Source: an uncultured Opitutia bacterium (GTDB taxonomy: Bacteria > Verrucomicrobiota > Verrucomicrobiia > Opitutales > UBA953). Taken from it: a stretch of DNA of 38,740 nt. Location: NCBI GenBank assembly GCA_903868455.1, contig CAIPVK010000189.1, forward strand, positions 1 through 38,740. The letters are read 5' to 3'. The position numbers and the translations under genes were made by a program. Each line of letters starts with the position of its first letter. The first letter of the stretch is position 1. Positions 24,409 through 36,485 of this stretch are shown piece after piece. The notes under the pieces are model-generated. The model saw nothing but the letters and a program-made list of their open reading frames with translations, did not search any database and was not told the origin of the DNA.

Positions 24409-24763
24409 GGCGGAGCGACGCTCCTTCGCACCCGCGGCCCGGCCCCGGGCGGAGCCCCCTACCCCGCCCTTTTGCCCTTTTCCTCCCCCTACCCCGCCCC
24501 CTATTCCTCTAGGACGGCCGTGGGCCTCACCCCCTGTGGCCAGCTATGTAACTAAGACCCTAAGTCTCTAAGTGACGAAGTATCTAAGTACCTAAACCAC
24601 ACGTCCCTTTAGTCCTTCTTCGTCCCCCTTAGTCCTCTTTCGTCCTCCTCGCCCCCTTCCCCCTTAGCATCTCAGCCACTTAGAAACTTAGCACACCCCT
24701 TCATCCCTTCCTCCCTTTCATCCCTTCATCATTTCATCCCTTTAATCCCTCTTTCCTCCCTCA
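24409..24763. repeat. intergenic mosaic repeat array R5
   Basis: CCCCCTACCCCGCCC words, CTAAG/GACGAAG words (24550-24595) facing their complements CTTAGTCC/CTTCGTCC (24605-24645), then CTTCATCCC words identical to those in R4, ending 3 nt before the alaS ATG. Confidence 0.8.
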
Positions 24764-27457
<2,694 letters not shown>

Positions 27458-27477
27458 GGACGGGCCTTTTCCGGCTC

Positions 27478-27498
27478 GCCCCCCTTCGGCCGGGGGGC
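27478..27498 (+). promoter_or_regulatory. GC stem-loop in the 52-nt alaS-nadK spacer
   Basis: GCCCCCC-TTCGGCC-GGGGGGC, a 7-bp stem with no U-tract. Function unknown (possible processing or attenuation site). Confidence 0.3.
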
Positions 27499-27509
27499 AA
27501 CCTAGGGTC

Positions 27510-28319
27510 GTGGCTATCCGCACCCTCGCCCTCGTCGTCAACCGCGCCAAGGCCGGCACGGACGACATCGTCGCCGACATCGGCCGGGCCGCCCGCGAGG
27601 CGGGGGTGACCGTCCGCCCCGTCGAGTGGCCCATCGAGCAGGCCAACCTGCGCGGGGCCGACGCCTGCTGCGTGGTCGGGGGCGACGGCACCTTCCTCGG
27701 CGTGGCCGAGGCCGCGGCCAAGGAGGGCGTCCCCCTCTTCGGCATCAACCGCGGCAAGCTCGGCTTCCTCGCCGCCTACCCCGCCGAGGACGTCGCCGCC
27801 AGCGTGCGCTCCGTGCTCGCCGGCGAGTGCCGCCGCGAGGAGCGCGCCCTGCTCGAGGTCCGCTTCGCCGACGGCGACTTCGCCCTCGCGCTCAACGACG
27901 TCGTGGTGAAGACGCGCGATGTCTTCCGCATGGCCCGGCTCGCCGTGCAGGCGGATGGGCATCCCGTGAACACCTACCGGGCGGACGGCGTGATCGTCGC
28001 GACCCCGACCGGCTCCTCGGCCTACAACCTCGCCGCGGGCGGCCCGCTCATCGACCCGTCGGCCTCGGTCATCGCCGTCACCCCGCTCTGCGCCCACACG
28101 CTCTCCAACCAGCCGCTCGTCTTCTCGTCCGAGTCCGAGATCCGCGTGGAGAGCCTGGACAACGTCCCGCTCGGCCTCTCGGTCGACGGACGGAGCCCGC
28201 TGGACGCGTCGAGCCGACTGCCCCTGATCGTCCGTACCGCGAAGGTCCGTCTGGGGATCCTGCGGCCGGCCGGGCTCAGCCATTTCGACGTCCTCCGCTC
28301 GAAGCTGAGGTGGGCGTGA
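27510..28319 (+). CDS. nadK: NAD(+) kinase
   Basis: GGDGTFLG, NRGKLGFL and ADGVIVATPTGSSAYNLAAGGP motifs. GTG start at 27510. Confidence 0.93.
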   Translation: MAIRTLALVVNRAKAGTDDIVADIGRAAREAGVTVRPVEWPIEQANLRGADACCVVGGDGTFLGVAEAAAKEGVPLFGINRGKLGFLAAYPAEDVAASVRSVLAGECRREERALLEVRFADGDFALALNDVVVKTRDVFRMARLAVQADGHPVNTYRADGVIVATPTGSSAYNLAAGGPLIDPSASVIAVTPLCAHTLSNQPLVFSSESEIRVESLDNVPLGLSVDGRSPLDASSRLPLIVRTAKVRLGILRPAGLSHFDVLRSKLRWA

Positions 28320-28413
28320 GGGGTGGCTGAAGAAGAGGATTCGGAGGAGGCGGAGGAGAACGAGGATGACGAGGAAGGAGGTAGGGCTGGCTCGCCGAGC
28401 CGGCCGCGGAATT

Positions 28414-28470
28414 GGGTAGGGTCGCGGCTACGTCCGTGACCTAGGGCATGGGCGTAGCCATGCCCCTACC
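28414..28470. repeat. REP-B structured palindromic element
   Basis: GGGTAGGGTCGCGGCTACGTCCGTGACCTAGGGCATGGGCGTAGCCATGCCCCTACC. Outer GGGTAGGG/CCCTACC stem. Internal GGGCATGG/CCATGCCC stem, whose loop (GCGTAGC) can alternatively pair with the upstream GGCTACG. Confidence 0.8.
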
Positions 28471-28479
28471 TGGGCGCCA

Positions 28480-28534
28480 GGTAGGGCTGGGTCTCCGACC
28501 CGGCCGCGGACGCCTCGGAGAGGCGTCCTTACCC
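28480..28534. repeat. REP-A element (variant copy with compensatory change in hairpin 1)
   Basis: GGTAGGGCTGGGTCTCCGACCCGGCCGCGGACGCCTCGGAGAGGCGTCCTTACCC. Hairpin 1 is GGGTC/GACCC instead of GGCTC/GAGCC. Confidence 0.8.
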
Positions 28535-28696
28535 ATTCCAGCGGTGGCTGCGGTAGCAGCGGTGGCAGCGGTGGCAGCGGGTAAGCGGAGGGGCCTGCGG
28601 CCCCGGTAGTTCATCCCTCCGCATCCTCCGCATCCTCGTAATGCTCTACATCCTCGCCTCTAGGTAGGGCTGGGTCTCCGACCCTGCCGCGGGCTT

Positions 28697-28752
28697 GGGT
28701 AGGGCTGGCTCGCCGAGCCGGCCGCGGACGCCTCGGAGAGGCGTCCCTACCC
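28697..28752. repeat. REP-A element (full copy, left of the giant gene)
   Basis: GGGTAGGGCTGGCTCGCCGAGCCGGCCGCGGACGCCTCGGAGAGGCGTCCCTACCC. Confidence 0.85.
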
Positions 28753-28804
28753 GGGGAAGAATTCAGACGGAAGAATTCAGATGAAAGAACGCCGAAAGAC
28801 CCAT

Positions 28805-28835
28805 GAAAACAAAGAGGCCCGCTTTCGCGGGCCCC
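28805..28835 (-). terminator. intrinsic terminator of the giant gene
   Basis: Minus strand reads GGGGCCCGC-GAAA-GCGGGCCTC followed by TTTGTTTTC, about 20 nt downstream of the TAA at 28859-28857. Confidence 0.75.
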
Positions 28836-28856
28836 CTTCTCTTTCATTTGAACTCT

Positions 28857-31800
28857 TTACTTTGAATTCTTCTTCCGACGGCGCAGGGCCGCCCCAGCGA
28901 GGGCCAGGCCGCCGAGCATCAGGCCGTAGGTCGAGGGCTCGGGGATGGGGGCGTAGGTGAGCCTGATCGCGGACCCGGTGTCGACCAGCGAGAGGAATGC
29001 CGGGTCGAGGCCGAATCCGGCGTAGGTCAGCCCGGTGGTGTCGAGGTCGAAGAACTGCGAGATCGAGCCCTCGTAACTGCTGATGGAGCCGTAGCTGATC
29101 AGGTCGAAGGCGTAGGTCTCGGCGGGATCGAAGTCCTGGAGGTCACCGGCCGTCGTGAGGTCCGACAGCGAGACGACCGTCAGGCCGACGCGGTTGAGCA
29201 GCGAGAGGGCGGAGATGTCCAGCAGGCCCGAGACGACGATCGTGTCGTAGTCCGTGCCGGCGTTGGGCGTGTAGACGCCACCTCCGGAGTTGAGGATCTC
29301 GAAGTCCAGGTTGCCGCCGGTCAGGGTCAAGGTGGCGAGGTTCTGGATGCCGGGCGAGTTGCCGGGGGCGAGCGTGCCGCCCGCCGCCAGCGTCACCGCG
29401 TCGAGCGAGCCCGAGCCGCGCAGGGTGCCGTCGGAGACGACGACGTCGGCGTTCGGGGCGTCGGCCGTCGTGAGGTTGAGCTCGGCGCCTTCCGTGAGCT
29501 CGAGGGAACCCGTGAAGCTCGTCAGGCCGGCCGCGACCGCGCCGGTGCCGGCAAGGCGGAGGGAGCCGGTGAAGTTGGCGACGTCGACCGAGGCGCCGGT
29601 GCCGACGAGGACCGTGGGCGAGCCGCCCAGGTTGGCGTCGTCCAACACGACCTCCTCGTCCGCGACATTGAGCGTCCCCTTGAAGGCCGAGCCCTGGATC
29701 TGGCCGCCCTTGTAGGCCACCGTGCCGGTGAAGTCGGCGCCGGAGCCGAAGTTCAGCGAGCCGCCGGCGCGGACCTCGAGGGTCGCGTTCTGGCCGGGGC
29801 GGTTGCCGGCCGAGGAGAGGTCGAGCGCGCCCGCGACGGCGAGCGTGCCCGAGAAGGAACCCAAACCCGTGAGGGTGGGCGCGCCGGTGAGGACGAGCGT
29901 CTTGCCCGGGTTGAGCTGCGAGGCGTCGACCGTGGCGCCCGTGCCGAGGGTGATCTCGGAAGCCGCGAGGTTGTTGATCGTCTCGGCGGAGACATTGCCC
30001 GTGACGGTCACCGTGGCGGGAGCCCAGTTGCCGGCGTTGAGAAGGCCGCCGCCCGCGAGGGTGATGACGTTGGTCGGGTTCAGGCCGGCGAGGTCGAGGA
30101 AGCCGCCGTTGATGACCACGGAGCCGGTGCCGAGCGCCGACACATGGCCGATGCTGAGCGTGCCCCCGCTGATGGTCGTGCCCCCCGAGTAGGTGCTGGC
30201 GGCACCCAGGATCCAGGTGCCCGCGCCGGACTTGGTCAGGGAACCGGAGCCGGAGAAGGCCTTGCCGAAGGTGCCGTCGCCGGCGCCGGCGAGGGTCAGG
30301 TTGGGATTGCCGTTGTAGACGAAGGCGACGTCGCCGTCGGTTCCGTCGAGCACCCAGTTGGCCCCGGAGAGCGACTCGAGGGTGGCGCCGCCGGAGTTGA
30401 CGGTGATGCCGCGGCCGTAGGCGGTGGTGCCGGCGGCGGCCATGCGGACGGTGCCGCCGTTGACCACAAAGGCGGCGGCGGCGTTGCGTAGCCCGCCGAG
30501 GGACTGGGAAGTCTCGCCGTAGGCCCAGTTCTCGAGCTCGACCGTGGCGCCTGAGTTGACGGTGACCACCGCGGTGCCGTTGAAGGCGCCGGAATAGAGG
30601 CGGCCTCCCGAGGCGAGGCGCAGGACGCCGTTGTCGACCGTGGTGGAACCGACGTAGGTGTTGGCGCCCTGGAGGGTCATGACCCCGGTGCCCGTCTTGC
30701 GGAGGCCATTGGTCGAGCCGTTCATCTGCGTGATCGCCCCGGTCACGGTGAGGTCGGAAGCCGGGGTGAGGGAGCCGCGGGAGACGGCGAAGGTCGTCAG
30801 GCCGCCGTTGTCCTGCAGGGCGAGCTTGGCGGCGCTGATCGTGGCGGCGTTGCCGGAGGCGTCCGAGGTGGCGGTGATCCCGGCCCCGTTGAAGAGCGAG
30901 TAGTTCCCCCAGGTGTCGCCGTTCCCGACGCCGGCGAGGGTGCCGCCGGTCATGGTGAGGGTGTTGGCGACCGTGGCGCGGAAGCCGGAGGAGATGGTGA
31001 TCGTCCCGCCGGAATTGACGGTCATCGCGCCGCGACCCGTGGTGTAACCGAGGGCGTCCTGGGCGTCGAGGCGGAGGGTGCCGCCGGAGTTGACCGTGAC
31101 GCCGCTGGCAAGCGTGCCGGCGGCGGAATTCGCCAGCGCGAGCGAGAGGACGCCGCCGTTGACCACGGCGCCTCCGGTGAAGGTGTTGCCTGCGGAGAGA
31201 CGCATCACGCCGGAACCCGTCTTGCGGAGGGGGGTGACGCCGGAGAGGATGGCGGAGACCAGGAGGTCGACTCCGGAGGCGTCGCCCGTGGAGCCGACGA
31301 CGAAGTCGTTGAAGCCGCCGGCCGCGGGCGTGTTTCCTGCGTTGAGCGCGAAGCTGTAGGTCGAGCCCGAGATGACCGAGCGGGCGGAGCCGTTGACGGT
31401 GATCGTGTTGTCCAGCGTGCCGAACTCGTTGTTGTAGGGCGCGGCCGACGCGAGACCGGTGAGTGTGCCGCCGGCGAGGGTCACGAGGCCGAAGTGGTTG
31501 TGACCGTTGGCGGAGGAATAGCTGACCCGGATGGTGCCGCCCTCGGCGATCACAGGGAGCGTGTCGGAGACGTTGTTATAGATGATGTTGACGCCGGTGA
31601 GCGTCAGCGTCGCCCCGGTCTTGACCGTCACGGCCGAGGACGAGAGCGCGCGGCCGTAGTTCTCGGTGGAGAGGACAAGCTCGCCGGAGTTGACGGTGGT
31701 GGCGCCGGTGTAGGTGCTGCGCGTGCGCAGGACGAGTGTGCCGGCGTCGACGGTCAGGGTGCCGGTGCCGGAAATGGCTCCCGTCAGGTCGAGGGTGCCC

Positions 31801-34800
31801 GCGCCGGCCTTGGTGAAGGACCGGCTGCGCGTGCCGCCGCCGTTGAGCGTGAGCGATCCGGTGGCGCTGGAGACGTCGATCGTGCCCGTGCCCTGGTCGA
31901 AGAACAGCGAGCGACCGCTGGTGACGGCGCCTGAACCGGTGTAACGCAGCGTGCCGCCGACAAGCGAGATGAAGCCGGTGGCGCCGGAACCGGCTCCGAG
32001 GTTCGACGCCGAGCCGTCGGCGACCGTGGAGAACTCAAGGACGCCGGCGTTGACCACGGTGCCGCCGGTGTAGGTGTTGGCGCCGGAGAGCGTGAGCGTG
32101 CCGTTTCCGGACTTGCGCAGGGTGCCGTTGGAGACGACGCCGGAGAGGGTCACCGCCGAGTCGGTGGTGAGGACCGGGCCATTGCCGCCCAGGTCGAACC
32201 CGCCGGAGAACGTGAGCGCGCCGGAGCGGGTGGCGTCGCCGAGGGTGGTGGAGGCGGCGAGGCTAACCGAGTTGGCAAGGGAGCGCGCGGAGGAGCCGTC
32301 CGAGGAGAGGCGGCCGCCCGAGAGGGTCAGGGTGCCGTTGCCCAGGGCGGTCGAGGAGCCGACGCGCAACGTGCCGTCGGACAGGCTGACGCCGCCCGAG
32401 AAGGTGTTGGAGCCGGCGAGGGTCAGGACACCCGCGCCGCTCTTGGAGATGGCGCCGTTGGAGACCGCGCCGTTGAGGGTGAGGTCGGAGGCGGAGCTGG
32501 CGGCGAGGGTGGAACCTCCGAGATTGAGCGCGCCGTTGAGGGTGCCGACGCCGGTCAGGGAGCCGCCGGAGAGGGTGATGGCGTTGGCGAGGGTGCGTCC
32601 GTTGATATCAAGGCTGCCGCCGGAGACGGTAACCGAGCCCGTGCCGAGGGCCGAGTTGTCGTTGGCCCGGACGACGCCCGCCTGGATGGTCGTGCCGCTC
32701 GAGTAGGTGTTGGCGCCGGAGAGCTCGAGGGTGCCGTTGCCCGCCTTGGTGAGCCCGCCGTTGGAGACGACGCCGGAGATCGCGACGTCGGACGCCACGG
32801 TGACGGCGCGGGTGGCGCCGCCGAGGTCCTGGGCGCCCGAGAGGGTCAGCGCGCCGGTGTCGGTCGCGTCGCCGAGGGTGACGTCGCCGCCGTAGACGAC
32901 GGCGACGGAGAGGGTCCGCGTGGTGCCGGAATCGGAGGAGAGGGCGCCGCCATTGAAGAGGAGGGCACCGGAGCCGAGGGCGCCGGCCGCGCCGAGGCGG
33001 ATGCGGCCCGAGGAGAGGGTCGTGCCTCCGGCGTAAGTGTTGGCGTTGCCGAGGGTCAGGGAACCGTAGCCGGACATGGCCAAGCTGCCGGAGGCGATGC
33101 CGTGGGTGCCGGTGATGGTGAAGTCGTTGAAGCCGGTGACGAGGACGCTCGTCGTGTTGACGTCCGCGCCGTCGATGCGGGCCGTCGTGCCGGTGGCCAG
33201 GTCGTTGAAGAGGACGGCGTCGGCGTCGAGGAACTCGGTGCCGGAATCGTCGGTGTCGAGCTTCCAGTTCTGCGCGCCGCCGATCGCGGCCGTGGTCCAG
33301 AGGTCGCTCTCCTCGCCGCTCCAGTAGGGAGTGGCGCCGGTCACGACATACTGCAGGACGCCGCCGTTTACCTCGAGGGAGGGCGTCTGGCGGCTGGAGG
33401 TCGTGGGCTGGGTGCCGAGGACGAAGGCCGAGAGGCCGGTGCCGCCGATGGATCCCCCGGTGAACGAGACCAGGTTGTAGGCGCCGTTGACGGCTCCCCC
33501 GCCACCGAGGTTGACCGTGACGGAGTTCGCGCCCCCGTTGGCCGTGAGCGCGCCGACGGAGAGGGCCGAGGAGACGGAGTAATTGGTGAAAGGCCCGATG
33601 TTCAGGGTCGCGGCGCCGGCGAAGGTGAGGTTGCCGGTGGTGAGGGTGCCGAGCACGCCGTTTCCGGCGGTGAGGATCGCGCCGGAAGCGGCCGTCACCG
33701 CTCCGACCGAGCCCGCGCCCGAGAGGACGGAGCCGCTGTCCAAGGAGACCGAGTTGGAGACGGTGCCCGCGACCGTGAGGGAGGCGTTGCCGGTGAGGGT
33801 GACCGCCCCGGCCACGGTGCCGGAGACGGACGCGCTGGAGCCGGCGGCGAGGGCGACGGTGCCGCCGACCGTGCCGGCGACGTTGAGGGTGGCGCCGGAG
33901 GCGACGCTGACGGCTGAGCTCGCCGAGAGGGAGCCGCCCGCCGCCACGGACAGGGTGCCGTTGCTCACGGTCGTGGCCCGGGTATAGGTGTTGACGCCCG
34001 AGAGGGTGAGCGTGCCGGCGCCCAGCTTGGTGAGGGCGAGGGTGCCACCCGACTGGCCGATGGCGCCGGAGAAGGAACCGTCGGAGACAATGAGCGTGTC
34101 CGCGCCCGCGATGGCGGAGATGACGCCCGAGCCGGCGAGGGTGCCGATGGTCTCGGAGTTGCCACCCTTGGCGAGACGGAGCGAGCCATTGACGGTCGTC
34201 GTGCCGGCGTCGGGGATGAAGCTGTTGGAGGTGGCGGAGCCGTCGCTCAGCTGCAGGATGGAACCCGAGCCGACGGTGGTGGCGCCGGCATAGCTGTTGG
34301 CGGTCCCGAGGAAGATGACGCGGTTCGTGCCGGCGATCGTGACGTCGCCGGTGCCGGAGATGCCGCCCGAGAAGTCCGTGCGGCCGCCCGCGGTGCTGCC
34401 GGTCAGGGTGACGGAACGAGCGAGGGTGACGGCTCCCGAGAAGGCCGCCGTGCTCGTGCCCGAGGTCGTGGCCGAGCCGAGGGTGACGACGCCGGCGCCA
34501 TTGGAGGTCACGCTGATGGCGCGGCCGAGCGTGACGCCGCCGGCTGTGGCGTTGACCAGGAGCGAGAGGTCGCTCGAACCGGTGGAGGCGTCGCCGAGGG
34601 TAACGGTGCCGGTGGTGCCGAGGGCGTTGGCGTTGGAGGCGACCACCGTGCCGGCGCGGACGGTCGTGCCGCCGCTGTAGGAGTTGGAGCCGGAGAGGAG
34701 CAGCGTGCCGGCGCCGGTCTTCAGGAGGGCGCCGTTGCCGATGCGGTCATTGGAGCCGTTGGTGAGGACGGCGGAGACCGTGAGGTCGACGGCCGAACTC

Positions 34801-36485
34801 AAGGTGGCGTCGGCGACCGCCAAGGTCAGGGTCTTGCCGCCACCGATGTGGTAGGCGCCGTTGGAGGCGGCCGAGCTGGATATGGTCGAGGCGGAGGAAC
34901 CGCCGACGGTCACGGTGCTGCCGTTGAACTCCCAAGTCTGGTACGAGCCGTTGGAGCCGGCGGTGGCGGTCATGGTGCCGCCGTTGAGGTCGACGTTGCC
35001 GATGACGTTGTAGGCGTCGGCGGCGAGGGTGCCGCCGTTGACGATCACCTTGATGGTGTTGGCCAAGGTCTGCGAGCCGCCGCCGAAGACGTTGTTGCCG
35101 GAGGCGAGGAGGGTGGCGCCGGAATTGACGGTGATCGTCCGCGAGCCGCTGGACTGACCCAGGGAGGTGTTGGTGTTGCCGGAGGCCCCGAGGCCGACCA
35201 GCGTGCCGCCGTCGACCGTGATGTTGCCGGTGAAGCTGTTGTTGACGTTGTTGAGCACCATGGTGCCGACACCGGTCTTGAGGATACCCCCGGCGGTTCC
35301 TCCGTTGGTGCCCGTCGGGCCGAGGGCCATGGTCACAAGGAGGTCGCGCCCGCTGTCCGTGGCGGTGGAGTTGACGTCGGCGACCGCGAAGGTCGACACG
35401 CCCGTCATGTTGAAGCCGCCGGTGCCGTTGAGGCGGGCCGCGCCGGCATAGGTGCCGCTGACGGTGACGACGGCGGCGCCGGTGCTGGTGCTGCCGAGGA
35501 GGATGCCGTAGCCGCCGGTGGCCCGGTTGGAGGTGATGGTGCCGCCGTTGTTCAGCGTGAGGTTGCCGATGCGCATCTCGACCCCGCTCTCGAAGCGGAC
35601 GATGCCGGTGCCCTCGGCGGCGATGCTGCGGTTGGCCGCCATGGCGGTGCCGTGGCCGCCGGTGAAGAGGTTGGTGGCGTTGAGGGAGATGGTGCCGCCG
35701 GTGCGGGCGGTGACCGTCGTGACGGAGTGCAACCCCTGGAAGGCGCCGAAGGTCAGGGTGCCGGTGCCGGCGTAGATCACATTGCCGTTGCTGGTGTTGG
35801 CCGAGATGGTCTCGTTGACGGTGATGTTGCCCGCGCCGCCGAAGGTGAGGGTGCCGCCGACCGCGATGTCGCTGTTGCCGTTGCCCGAGAGCGTCAGGGT
35901 CTGGCCGGCCGTGGCCATGTTGAAGAAGCCCGTTGAGCCGTTGGCGACGTTGAAGTTGTTACCGGCGGAATGCGAGTTGCCGACGACATTGATCGTGCCG
36001 CCATTCAGGACGCGGCGCGCGCCGTAGTCGGCGAGCTGGCCGAGGCCGCCCGCGGCGCCGTAGGCGAAGCTGTCGAGCTCGAGCGTGCCGCCGGCGTTGA
36101 CCGTGACGGCGTAGGCGTTGGTGTAACCCGCGTTGTAGAGCTGCCCGCCGGAGACCTTGAACTTGCCATCCGCGATCGAGAGATTGCCGGTGTAGGTGGA
36201 CGAGCCGGTGAGGGTGAAGGTGCCGGCGCCGGTGAGCGAGAGGTTGCCGGAGCCCGTGAGCGTGGTGGCCGAGAGGTTGAAGCCGGCGTTCGCGAGGGTG
36301 TAGGCGCTGCTGACGGTGACCGTGCCCGCGGTGATGGCGCTGCCGAGCGTGATCGTGCCGACGGTGCCGGCGAGGACGGCGTTGTCGCCGTTGGTCCAAT
36401 TGACGGCGGTCGCGCCATCCTCCCAGCCCGAGGCGCCGGCGGTCCAGGTGCCGCTGCCGCCGCCGGAGGCGGTGTTGACGGTCAC
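28857..36485 (-). CDS. giant (2,542 aa as called) autotransporter-associated beta-strand-repeat surface protein with a C-terminal PEP-CTERM sorting signal; 5' end apparently frameshifted
   Basis: Longest ORF in the window. Dozens of degenerate units of the type GTLTLSGANTYSGGTTVxxGxL (PF12951-like). The C-terminus PIPEPSTYGLMLGGLALAGAALRRRKKNSK is a PEP motif plus a TM helix plus a basic tail. The called start is a GTG with no signal peptide; see 36482..36586. Confidence 0.9.
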   Translation of the reverse strand: MTVNTASGGGSGTWTAGASGWEDGATAVNWTNGDNAVLAGTVGTITLGSAITAGTVTVSSAYTLANAGFNLSATTLTGSGNLSLTGAGTFTLTGSSTYTGNLSIADGKFKVSGGQLYNAGYTNAYAVTVNAGGTLELDSFAYGAAGGLGQLADYGARRVLNGGTINVVGNSHSAGNNFNVANGSTGFFNMATAGQTLTLSGNGNSDIAVGGTLTFGGAGNITVNETISANTSNGNVIYAGTGTLTFGAFQGLHSVTTVTARTGGTISLNATNLFTGGHGTAMAANRSIAAEGTGIVRFESGVEMRIGNLTLNNGGTITSNRATGGYGILLGSTSTGAAVVTVSGTYAGAARLNGTGGFNMTGVSTFAVADVNSTATDSGRDLLVTMALGPTGTNGGTAGGILKTGVGTMVLNNVNNSFTGNITVDGGTLVGLGASGNTNTSLGQSSGSRTITVNSGATLLASGNNVFGGGSQTLANTIKVIVNGGTLAADAYNVIGNVDLNGGTMTATAGSNGSYQTWEFNGSTVTVGGSSASTISSSAASNGAYHIGGGKTLTLAVADATLSSAVDLTVSAVLTNGSNDRIGNGALLKTGAGTLLLSGSNSYSGGTTVRAGTVVASNANALGTTGTVTLGDASTGSSDLSLLVNATAGGVTLGRAISVTSNGAGVVTLGSATTSGTSTAAFSGAVTLARSVTLTGSTAGGRTDFSGGISGTGDVTIAGTNRVIFLGTANSYAGATTVGSGSILQLSDGSATSNSFIPDAGTTTVNGSLRLAKGGNSETIGTLAGSGVISAIAGADTLIVSDGSFSGAIGQSGGTLALTKLGAGTLTLSGVNTYTRATTVSNGTLSVAAGGSLSASSAVSVASGATLNVAGTVGGTVALAAGSSASVSGTVAGAVTLTGNASLTVAGTVSNSVSLDSGSVLSGAGSVGAVTAASGAILTAGNGVLGTLTTGNLTFAGAATLNIGPFTNYSVSSALSVGALTANGGANSVTVNLGGGGAVNGAYNLVSFTGGSIGGTGLSAFVLGTQPTTSSRQTPSLEVNGGVLQYVVTGATPYWSGEESDLWTTAAIGGAQNWKLDTDDSGTEFLDADAVLFNDLATGTTARIDGADVNTTSVLVTGFNDFTITGTHGIASGSLAMSGYGSLTLGNANTYAGGTTLSSGRIRLGAAGALGSGALLFNGGALSSDSGTTRTLSVAVVYGGDVTLGDATDTGALTLSGAQDLGGATRAVTVASDVAISGVVSNGGLTKAGNGTLELSGANTYSSGTTIQAGVVRANDNSALGTGSVTVSGGSLDINGRTLANAITLSGGSLTGVGTLNGALNLGGSTLAASSASDLTLNGAVSNGAISKSGAGVLTLAGSNTFSGGVSLSDGTLRVGSSTALGNGTLTLSGGRLSSDGSSARSLANSVSLAASTTLGDATRSGALTFSGGFDLGGNGPVLTTDSAVTLSGVVSNGTLRKSGNGTLTLSGANTYTGGTVVNAGVLEFSTVADGSASNLGAGSGATGFISLVGGTLRYTGSGAVTSGRSLFFDQGTGTIDVSSATGSLTLNGGGTRSRSFTKAGAGTLDLTGAISGTGTLTVDAGTLVLRTRSTYTGATTVNSGELVLSTENYGRALSSSAVTVKTGATLTLTGVNIIYNNVSDTLPVIAEGGTIRVSYSSANGHNHFGLVTLAGGTLTGLASAAPYNNEFGTLDNTITVNGSARSVISGSTYSFALNAGNTPAAGGFNDFVVGSTGDASGVDLLVSAILSGVTPLRKTGSGVMRLSAGNTFTGGAVVNGGVLSLALANSAAGTLASGVTVNSGGTLRLDAQDALGYTTGRGAMTVNSGGTITISSGFRATVANTLTMTGGTLAGVGNGDTWGNYSLFNGAGITATSDASGNAATISAAKLALQDNGGLTTFAVSRGSLTPASDLTVTGAITQMNGSTNGLRKTGTGVMTLQGANTYVGSTTVDNGVLRLASGGRLYSGAFNGTAVVTVNSGATVELENWAYGETSQSLGGLRNAAAAFVVNGGTVRMAAAGTTAYGRGITVNSGGATLESLSGANWVLDGTDGDVAFVYNGNPNLTLAGAGDGTFGKAFSGSGSLTKSGAGTWILGAASTYSGGTTISGGTLSIGHVSALGTGSVVINGGFLDLAGLNPTNVITLAGGGLLNAGNWAPATVTVTGNVSAETINNLAASEITLGTGATVDASQLNPGKTLVLTGAPTLTGLGSFSGTLAVAGALDLSSAGNRPGQNATLEVRAGGSLNFGSGADFTGTVAYKGGQIQGSAFKGTLNVADEEVVLDDANLGGSPTVLVGTGASVDVANFTGSLRLAGTGAVAAGLTSFTGSLELTEGAELNLTTADAPNADVVVSDGTLRGSGSLDAVTLAAGGTLAPGNSPGIQNLATLTLTGGNLDFEILNSGGGVYTPNAGTDYDTIVVSGLLDISALSLLNRVGLTVVSLSDLTTAGDLQDFDPAETYAFDLISYGSISSYEGSISQFFDLDTTGLTYAGFGLDPAFLSLVDTGSAIRLTYAPIPEPSTYGLMLGGLALAGAALRRRKKNSK

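Larger units (their letters stand above)
28320..28800. repeat. intergenic mosaic repeat array R6 (left flank of the giant gene)
   Basis: GAGGAGG words, REP-A half (28380-28409), REP-B (28414-28470), REP-A variant (28480-28534), (CAGCGGTGG)n 28539-28581, hairpin 28585-28609, CATCCTCCG words, REP-A half (28663-28693), full REP-A (28697-28752), GAAGAATTCAGA words (28753-28790). Confidence 0.9.
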
